A stretch of 63,204 nucleotides of DNA, filler included, from Catajapyx aquilonaris (Eukaryota): assembly GCA_000934665.2 (NCBI GenBank). It is 3 parts of 3 records of this genome, joined end to end, with 100 filler letters (N's around TTAATTAATTAA, not from the genome) between each part and the next. Parts side by side here need not be neighbours in the genome. Positions count along the whole stretch, not along the records: positions 42,193 to 63,204 come from JYFJ02006164.1; 2 more parts are not named here. One strand, given 5' to 3'. The notes beneath the pieces are model-generated. The model worked only from the letters and a program-made list of their open reading frames with translations, made no database searches and was not told the DNA's origin. The translations under genes were made by a program, and so were the position numbers. Positions within the stretch are counted from its first letter, which is position 1. Each line of letters starts with the position of its first letter. This document shows positions 53,437 to 63,204 of the stretch, one piece after another.

Positions 53437-54327
53437 GGGGAGACCGGGGCACAGTGGCCCACTTTTGCACATTTGAATTTTTATATACCTACCTGTTAGA
53501 CCTACACACCCAATATTTTCAGGCATGGTGGAGGTACTCCTTGGTAATATAAGTCACTACTATATTCAGACGCAGTGCCATCCTTTTGGCTTTAAAAAAA
53601 TTAGAAGCGACCCCCTCCAAATGGTCCACTGTACCCCGATAGGTGGGGCACAGTGGTCCGGAAGTTATTGGGACCCCTAATTCACACAAGAAGTTTATTA
53701 TCATTGCCTAACATTTTTTTACAGCTGTTCATTTTGAGGACTGTGTCAACATCACAGTTTTGCCCCTTTTTTCTACCTAATTCACATTTTTAAAACCATT
53801 GTCTCACATTTTTTTTACAGCTGTTCATTTGGAGGGTGGTTTGTCAAAATCACAGTTTTGCATTTTTCTACCTAATTCACATTTTTTAAATAATTGTCTC
53901 ACATTTTTTTTACAGCTGTTCATTTCGGGACACAGTGTGCATTTCGGGGCACAGTGGTACATGGACCACTGTGCCCCGGACAGCAGCAACTGACATAATG
54001 CTATGATTGTAACTTCGATTGCAAGTTAGGCTTACCAAACTTCCGGTAGTTCATGGGCAAAGGGCAGAACTATTGCACAACATTTTTATATCAGGCTCAT
54101 GCCCAATATCTACGCCTGAAGTGGCATTTAAACTGTGGGTTAGTAATTTACTTCACTTATCTTCAAATCGATTTCGCTGGATATCTATCGATCGATCGAT
54201 CGCTAGCCGTTGCCAGCCATGTTGGCAGGAGCATGGCAGTGACTTCTTTCACGTGGTACCAGATGAAAAAAATTTGGCGGCTTTTCGATTTTTAAAATGG
54301 AAAGGTCCACTGTGCCCCAGTCTCCCC
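53437..54327. mobile_element. 891-bp TA-targeting (Tc1/mariner-pogo type) non-autonomous element in SERINC exon 4
   Basis: TA duplication splits the Tyr codon of VM-Y-LTW. TIRs ggggagaccggggcacagtgg / ccactgtgccccagtctcccc. Internal TIR-motif copies and three cattttttttacagctgttcattt repeats. Confidence 0.93.
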
Positions 54328-57300
54328 TACCTAACCTGGACTGCAGTCAGCAGTGAGCCCCGTCAGCCGCAACTTGACAACGGCCCAGCAGGTGAAGCAA
54401 TAGCGCTTGATGACCTCCGCAGCTTTTTTGGCGACGACGGTGAAATTGGCCCACAGAGGTTTTACTGCGGACCTGCGGACAAGATTGCGCAGTGGAACGA
54501 ATTTATTGTTCCGTCAGTCGGAGTCGTCATCATGTTTCTGACTGTCATTTACTCGAGGTAAGATCTTATCAGGAATAATGTGAAGGATATAGTGCGCAGG
54601 CTCTTGGCATAAAAATCACGACTCCGCAAAAGCAGCGGAAGAAGCCTCCCTGGTGCGCTTGCTGTCGGCCTGTCCTGATCGGTAATCATCTTCCACGTAC
54701 GATATCGCATGAAATTAATATTAATCGACGTATAGGGTCAAGACGCATCGAGGACGACGGAGGTCAGCGGGTCATGAGAAACGAAGCAGACGGAAACGTG
54801 TATACAGCTACGCCTTCTTCCACTTCATCTTCTGCTTGGCGACCATGTACATCATGATGCAGCTCACACACTGGTTCCGGTATGTACTAATTGGATTGTT
54901 GGCAGTACTCATCTCACACTTGCTTATAGTCCGCAGAAGGCGAACTTGGCCAACTTCAATAAGAACTGGGCGACAGTTTGGATCAAGATGGCATCGGCTT
55001 GGTTGTGTCTGGTGATCTACATCCTTACGCTAGTCCTTCCGAATCTGTGTCCAGGCTCCAGGGAGACTGAATCGGCACAGGCTTCGGCAAGAGGAGAGGA
55101 GAAGGCGGCTGTATGAGTCGGAAGGGTCTGAAGGACAAGCCGTTGCGGAGTCAGAGCACTGAAGGTCGCATTTGCATGAACCAATTATTACGGCAGCATT
55201 GGATTCAATAGTCACCACTTTTTGATGCAACTATTAAATTGCGATTCCATGACAGTTCACACATTTGGATTTGGTCCGACTGATGCGATTGTGCGCAATT
55301 GCAATAAATTGCCCTGGTCTCATTAACATCAGGGCTTAAGCTGGGTAAATTTTAATGCAATAATTTTGTGGTAGACTGTCGTAGTAACTTATGTGCCTTG
55401 ATGCCATTTTGTATTCAGTGTGCTTGGTGGAATTTTATATTTAATGTCTGCAGGTCAAGTGTGGTTTGTCGGAAGGTCACATAATTACAGAAGCACAAAG
55501 ACAAACTTTTTGATCCTATTTCCAAGTACGATTTGTGTGACGTCAGCGTATTTTTTGTTATGTAATCGAATGATCTGCACGACAGAGATTGAATTTAGTG
55601 AACACCATCTGTGTTTCATATTGCGTAGACGTTACTTTCAAACGTTGTACTCACCAGTAGGACGTACGTACCTTCAGACGTGTTCAGGCCCACTATACGG
55701 AGTTCACGTAACTTTGTTTTGGGACCTTGTATCAAATTTTTGATACCGTATTTTTATTACATTACAGATGCTTTATTTACTTTAGTCAAGTTAACTTAAT
55801 TTTTACGAGGCATGCAGCATATAGTCGATGGCAGTTATTTGTACAGTGCTTGTTGCAATTATTACGACAAACTATTTCTCAGCGGATTTTAGTGCAGCTT
55901 TCGGTATGCTGAAAAAAAGGGGGGCCTTTACCTTCAACAGACTGAAACTCAGCTTTAGCTATAAATATGTAACAAGATGGATAAACAGGGTATGGTGGCA
56001 AAACTGGGGCCGTTTTCCCTCTAGCGGGGTGTGAGTGTGATGTAAGGTCTGGCCGCCAGAGGCGCACTGTTGTATGAGGGCCGAAATCTGAGCGCAGTGC
56101 AATGGCTGACATAGGGAGAATGTGCGTTTGAGGCACGTTTGTGGCTCTGTTTGTGCTCCCATTCCGACAGGACTGCCTCGACACCTCTTCACAACTAGCC
56201 TGTCCCCGGCCCAGACATGTGAGGCACTGGCCCAAGAGGTGCCTGCCCATGCTAGGCCACCAATTAACACACTGTTCTTGTTTTTGCTCGGGGGGCGCGA
56301 TCGAGATCAATACGTACGCATTTGCCACGCTTTTACGCATGTAGTGCTACGATGATCGGAGCCGGCACTGGCTGGCACAGGACCCGGAACCTGGCCTTCA
56401 TGTCATGGAGGAAGGAATAATAAGACATCAAAGGAGTGGACAAAAATTGGGTTAGACCATGTGAGTAGGCCTATAATTGGTGCTACATCCTTGACCTTTT
56501 CTTTAATTGTTTTTCTTTTTTTTTGTCGCTCAGGACTGTTGCCATATTTTTTTAAAAAAATGTTCTATAGTTGTACTGTTTTATTCACATGCATCATACA
56601 TGTACTAGTATATTGACAATAAACTGCAATGAAATTTATACACATAACGCTGTATTTTTAAATGAATTTCCTATTAACTCTTGAATATCGATTTGTGTAT
56701 GAGGAATATAACATGGAAGTAATTTTAATGTAATTATTTAGGATCAATCGAATGAGTTGTGCATCAAAATGTCAGACAATGCATAAGTGTGTTATGTGCT
56801 GGGTCAGCTGGGTCTCGCATGGTTTTTCTGCCGCGCACTCTTGCAAACTTACTTTCGGAACGCGAAATAGGTGTGGGCGTTTCTGCCCCAGAGCATCCCA
56901 GGTCCGGTTGTCAGTGGCATATCCGGACTTGCATCCAAAAGAATAGCATTTCGCCGGCATTCTTGGCGCCCAATCTTCACTACCTGCCAGCCACCCGACG
57001 ATTCCAAACTCCACCGACAATAATTCATTTGCGCATGCCCCTGAGAACCCCTGGGGTTAGAAAAAGTGGGAAAAGCCACCCAGAGCCTAACAGAATATCG
57101 GGCCACCTATTTTCTGCTTCTAAATGTCCCAGGAGTTAAAAGTATTTCTTTCGGAACATCATTTTCCTATACTACTCCATGAAAGCGCGGGGAATATCGG
57201 CCCGATCGCACCAGTGGCGCCGCCAGTGGCTGGACCCACTTCAGCATTCTACCGTATCGATGAAGTCTGGCCACCATACCCTGTTTATACATCTTGATAT

Positions 57301-59009
57301 GTAATAAAATAACTCTTTACTACTGTATTTCTAGTGCATCTGGATTAACGCCCGGTTTGCAAATATAATAAATCGATAGGCTACATACCTGAAGTATTGC
57401 TACAAAACATGTACATGTACAATGAAAATTTAGGGACCAATTTTTTTAAAGGTAGTAATAGCTTAGAGAGATAGTCACTTTTGATAAATTTATAATCCTG
57501 CGAGGAAAAGTGCATTAAATGGTTTAACTAGTAATGCACGTAATATGACGTACACTTTGTTGTGTGTTTTCATGTAATGAGTTGGATCCTTCTGTAAATG
57601 AAAAGTCATTGCAGCAAGATGTAGAGTACATACGAGCAATCCTCATATCGCTATGTTACAAATTAGTTGACTATAAGCGACCTATACAGCTTACTGTACA
57701 TTTACGAACTTCATACCGCTTTTTTCTTACTCTCAAGCTGTTTCAAAGGAAGCCTGAACAGTGAAGAATGCAGGTTTTGCTTTTAAAAGTAATTGAAGTC
57801 AGCGATTACGTAATAAACCAAGTTATTATTGAATCTTATACAGACCAGTGAAAGTAATTATGATGATGGCCAAAAATTTTATAGATTAGACTTGATTACA
57901 ATGAGTGGTACGTGTTCTTGGAGTCAACTCTGCTTATGCCAGGATGTTCGTCGTCTTGGTCGGAATGTCTGGGCTTCGATGCTGGACATCTGCGAAAGCA
58001 ATAAGTATAACATTTTGAGAGGCCAGAATTTTTGGGCATGACATGACTATAGAGTGGGTCAACATATGAGGACTTACCATTGTTTTATCTTCCAGTTCAA
58101 CTGTGTCATCTTCCCAATGCTTGTCGTGTGAATATTTTTGCAAGAATTTGTAAATGTGGCTTTGCCGAGTACTTGTGAAACTATGCATAATAAAAGTGAT
58201 TTATGTGGAAACTGTCGAAGAATTAATCCCAAAGCGAATGTGCCTAGAATGAGACAAGTAGACCATAAGTATCCCTGAAAGAAAAAGTCGAAGTCGAGTT
58301 GTAGAACGGCAGATAGAGATGAAATATTTGGAAGAATTGCGCAGCATGAAGTTTGGCCCACTTGTAGACAACACCCTAACGGACGTTTTGGATAAAATTA
58401 AGGCAGGTTTTAAAGGCACACATTCATATCTAAGCCTGTTGAAAAATTTAAATGAATTTAAAATTCTGTTTAAAATTAAATTCATACCGTTCAAAATTAA
58501 ATTCATTTTTTATTTATTTGATAATTTAATGCCAAATTTGATCATTGTTCACGGATTCAAAAATTAAAGCAAGGGTTCGTGAGGCAAAAAAATTTATTTC
58601 TGGAAAATAATTGGCAAAGTTACCGGTACATTTGCAAAAGGTCATCTTAAGAATGTTACGTTAATTTTTTAAAATCATGTTTTACTCTCAAGATGATGAA
58701 AAAATCAAGTTAACTCAACAATCTCTTGCGCATTGAAGGAGACAAGCTAATCCAAACACTGCCATCTCTTGACACAAGGAGATAAACACTTGAAATTAAT
58801 GGTGAAATAAAATAAATTGGCATTACATATCAATGTAAATGATTAATAGTACTTGAACTGAATAATTTTAAAAAATTAATCAAGATTTATGTAGAAAAAT
58901 CATGTAATTAAATGGGATTGAACATTACTGTAAATGCTCAAATATGATTGGAAACTGATAATGAGAGAGCATGATTGTAAATTTAATAATGGAAGTAAAT
59001 GAATGCATT

Positions 59010-59359
<350 letters not shown>

Positions 59360-60857
59360 TAAATGAATGCATTTAAATCATTAGTTTCATAGTGAACGGT
59401 GACCAACATGGCATTGCTAGCCTGTTAAGCAACTGGCAAAAAATTAATGCAATTTTTCTTTAAAATGATTTTAGCAAATGTTCAAATTAATTTGAACATC
59501 AAATATTTTAATGCATAAACATTTTACAATTTTTTTCTTCATTTAAGTGGTTTAACCAGTAGTAATGCACCAGACTAACGCTTATTTATTGTGCGTTTTC
59601 ACTTAATGAGTTGCTGCCATGATATCAGTCTTCTTGTGTCAGGCGGAACGTCCGGGCTTCAAATGCTGGACATCTGCAAAAAGTAAAATATAAAGTATAT
59701 ATTTAGTAATATTTTGAGAGGCCAGGATTTTAGGGCATGACATGACTTAGACGTGGGGGCAACATGTAATGAGAACTCACCTTGTTTTATCTTGCAGTTC
59801 ATGTGTCACCTTCCCAATGTTTGTTGTGTGAAGGATTTGTAAATGTTGCTTCGACGAGTAGCCTACTTGTGAAACTATGAAAAAAAATCATAATTAATTC
59901 CAATGTGCCTAAAATGAGACTAGTGCATTAGCAGCCCTGAAAGAAAAGGTCAAAGTCGAGTTGGATTGGTGAAAAGCCACGCCGCTACGACAAAGCTCCA
60001 ACTCATAGGGTGGATTGCAAAAACTCAACTTCAACTGCGGTTTAAACAGGTGGTCTTTGCAACCCACCCATGGCGTGGGAAAGCATGTTTCCAGCCAAAA
60101 AGTTGGGTGGAATCATACTCCAAGAAAAGTACCCAGCCAAAATTAGGCGACGTTTGATTTATAATTGTGTTTATTTCGGGTTATATGAAATGTAAAAATA
60201 TTGGCAAAATAAACAAAGCCGAACAAAGCTTAAAAAGACAGGATTAACAATATAAGCAGTGCCTAAAAGCACAAACGTAACTGGGGTACTTGCAGGCACA
60301 TTTACATCTACAAAATAATATTTGCAATTTTTTTAAAAAAATGGACCCAATTTCCATTGGGCCTGTCTACTGTGCTCATCTGTCTGACCTGTCTGCTGGG
60401 TGCTGGGCCTGTCTGCTGGGCTCATCTGTAATCGCCTCGGGATGTCATCTTCTTTACACTGACTCTACTGGCAGTCTACTGGCAGTCAATAGAAAAACTG
60501 TACGTTGTACTAATCAAGTCTGTACAAGCAGACTGGATGCATACAATTACAGTGGAATTAAATGAGCCAGTTCCCACCTGCCCCCATAATGGGACAACAA
60601 AATATCAAAACAGGGCCAATCATGCCCTGTCCCCAATTAAATATTTTGGGGATTTAATGAACACAATCACACGAACCAATCAGCTCACCACCGTTGCTCT
60701 TTGGCGGTACAGGCTGGCGATATACGCACTGTGCCTTCCACCCTGATCTGGACTCTAATGTTTATCTATACTAATTGTTCTATCCTTTCTAGATTTCGGC
60801 CGAGAAATACACTGAGACAAGAGAAATACGCAGTGTATTTCTCGTGTCTCATTGTAT

Positions 60858-61199
60858 TTGAGACTGTAGATATACCTTTTGAGACTGTAGATATACCTTT
60901 TGAGACTGTAGATATACCTTTTGAGACTGTAGATATACCTTTTAAGACTGTAGATATACCTTTTGAGACTGTAGATACCTTCGAGACCGTAAGTTCCTTA
61001 GATATTGTAGATATACCTTTGAGACCATAGATACCTTTGAGACCATAGATACCTTTGAGACCGTAAATACCTTTGAGACCGTAAATACCTTTGAGACCGT
61101 AAATACCTTTGAGACCGTAAATACCTTTGAGACTGTAAATACCTTTGAGACTGTAAATACCTTTGAGACCGTACTGTAAATACCTTTGAGACTGTAAAT
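60858..61199. repeat. Minisatellite switching from a 21-bp to an 18-bp unit
   Basis: (gagactgtagatatacctttt) about 5-6 times, then (gagaccgtaaataccttt) about 10 times. Confidence 0.95.
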
Positions 61200-62320
61200 C
61201 CCTTGTGTATGAAAAATATCATGATGGAGATAAATACACTTGAAAAATTTATGCAAAATTATTATCAGGCTCGTGAGCAAAAATTAGCCAAAGTGAGTTA
61301 AAGCCGTAATAAAATTGAGGCAAGTTTAAAGGCACCATATACATTCATTTCTGAGCCTGTTCAAAATTTAAATGCCTTGTTCAATAATTATATTCAAAAC
61401 AAATGCATAGTTCAATAATTCAAATCATATAAAGGCATTGTTCAATTCAAAACTGAAAAGCCAGATTTCATCATAGTGCCGGATTCAAAAAGTTTAAAGC
61501 AGGGCTTCAGGTAGCAAAAATTAATTTCTGGCAATAATTACATTTAAAAAGTGAGAGTGTGTCATCTGAAGGATGTTATACGTTAATTCAAAGAAATCAG
61601 TTTTTTTTCACTCTCTCAAAGAAGATGAAACATTTTAAAGAAAACTCACCAATCCTCTTGCACACTGGAAGAGGCAAAAACAAACGCAAACATCGCATCC
61701 CGAGATTTGATGGTGACCATAAACACCCGAATTTAATGAATGTGTAAACTTAATTGACATTACATAAATAGGAAATTATTCAGAGCACTTGAACTGAATA
61801 ATTAAGAATCAGCAGTTTCAAGAATTTAAATAAAAATCAGTAATTGGTGATTGAAGGTAGGCCTACTGTAAATATGCAAATGGTGGATTTAATTGACTGT
61901 AAATTATTGATAGTAATTACAGCCTGATTGCAAATTGAATTTGAAGTAATGCGTAATTTAGTTTCAGAGTGAATGGTCACCGTCACTGACCTGCTACTCA
62001 ACTGACACGACCTTAGCAAAAAAAAAAAAATCAATGCAATTTTCTTTCAAATCATTTCAAATTATTTCAGCGCAAGAAATTTTTAATCCAAATTTTACTC
62101 TTTTTTTCTGCCAAATTTACTGCTTTAGAATTCCTGACATCTGAACGGTGATGAGCTGATATGGTACCTCGTGTTTAAAGTTGAAAGATAAGACACTATG
62201 CGATGACACACTCGTATATGGTTCCAGCATGAAAGGCACTGCAGCATTAATATGGTCTGACGACCTAATACATGACCTTACACACTATTTTACAGCCCCT
62301 ACGAGTTATGCACATTGCTG

Positions 62321-63204
62321 TCATCTTTCAACTTTTATGCTCTTCTGCTGATGGTCCTCCTTGATGCGATGGTCGTCGTGATGCGATGGTGCATCTCTGG
62401 GTCGTGACATCTCAGTGATGAAGATGGTCCGCATGATGTGATGGTGCATCTCTGGATAGTGACATCTCGGTGATGAAGATGGTCCATCGTACACCACACA
62501 CAGGTGGCCCATTAGGTCATCATCATCAGGGTCACATTAGGTCAAAGGGCATTATTGGAGGTTATAATGGAAAATGGGGTCATCAGGTTCATGTTAAGTC
62601 AAAGGGAAGCATTGAGGGTGACAGAAAATGGGGAATAACATTGCATTTGCATATAACCCTTGGAAGTTATAAATTACTTTCAAAATTGATTCTAATTTTT
62701 CTGATAAATGGATCCACACTATTTGCATTCAACATGTAATTATCATGGTTAGGTCTGTTTGCAGATTTTTCCACCATCTCCTTAGTTGCAGAATAACCCT
62801 GAAAACCACAAGATCAGTATTAAAGGTTAATATAAATAATTATCTTTCATGTCATATCAGGAGGAATATCATCGTCTCTCGCTTACCCTCCTCCCTCGCT
62901 ATTGGAGAGGACCAAATTGTCAATGTTGACGGTGATGACTATGGGGTATGATGACAACATGGTGTCCGAGATTGCTGATGTGGCTGATGTTCCTGGCCAC
63001 AGCCAGGAACCTCTCCTTGGGCAATCGGGTGGTCCGAGATGATGATGTGGTTCCTGGCGGTGACGTGTTGTCCGAAGAGATGAGGTTCCTGGCGGTGACG
63101 TGTTGTCCGAAGAGATGAGTTCCTGGCGCGGTGACGTTGATTGTGAAGATGGGATTGCCCAAGCCCCAAGGAGAGGTTCCTGGCCACCGCCAAGAACCTC
63201 TCCT
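62321..63204 (-). other. GC-richer repetitive segments, possibly degraded exons
   Basis: ~55-bp tandem repeat at ~62380-62485 and ~35-bp tandem repeat at ~63050-63137. A possible G|gtaagc donor lies at ~62886. No continuous frame. Confidence 0.3.

Larger units (their letters stand above)
51124..55116 (+). pseudogene. SERINC: Serine incorporator (SERINC/TDE) family pseudogene with introns retained
   Basis: Reconstructed exons ~51124-51270, 51331-51470, 51529-53161, 53216-54557, ~54566-54681, 54736-54879, 54930-55116. Motifs include RESTSTRLMY, CDLLVGYMAVYRV, HNGYWLVKF, FILIQLLLLVDFAH, LQSSLIAVYVMYLTWTAVSSEP, YSYAFFHFIFCLATMYIMMQLTHW and WATVWIKMASAW. Two transposon insertions and multiple frameshifts. 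Confidence 0.93.

Noticed and set aside
54019..54327. N-terminal part of the 180-aa ORF as real protein
   Set aside because: It is read-through from the inserted element. Only the part from 54328 (YLTWTAVSSEP...) is SERINC.
60858..61199. CRISPR array or repeat protein (FETVDIP / SKVFTV ORFs)
   Set aside because: Units are directly adjacent with no unique spacers, the context is eukaryotic with no cas genes, and the ORFs follow from unit lengths divisible by three.

Overview
Animal (probably invertebrate) nuclear DNA, not prokaryotic. The window is three ~21 kb blocks (1-21062, 21163-42092, 42193-63204) joined by artificial 100-bp N44-TTAATTAATTAA-N44 linkers, so adjacency across the joins is not biological. 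Blocks 1 and 2 are almost entirely non-coding. They carry MITEs, microsatellites and G-rich tracts, plus a degraded, internally duplicated ORF remnant at ~18.6-19.9 kb. Block 3 holds the recognisable genes: the first two coding exons of a TMEM87-like gene (minus), a YY1/CRE/ETS promoter, a truncated YPEL5-like gene, and a nearly complete SERINC gene. The YPEL5 and SERINC copies are broken by precisely bounded DNA-transposon insertions and by many 1-10 bp duplications or insertions, several of them TA>TATA. I found no nonsense substitutions in them, which suggests a transposon insertion/excision hotspot. SINEs, a piggyBac-type foldback, a minisatellite and an old ~2 kb tandem duplication are also present. 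All homology calls come from recognising motifs by eye; no database search was run.
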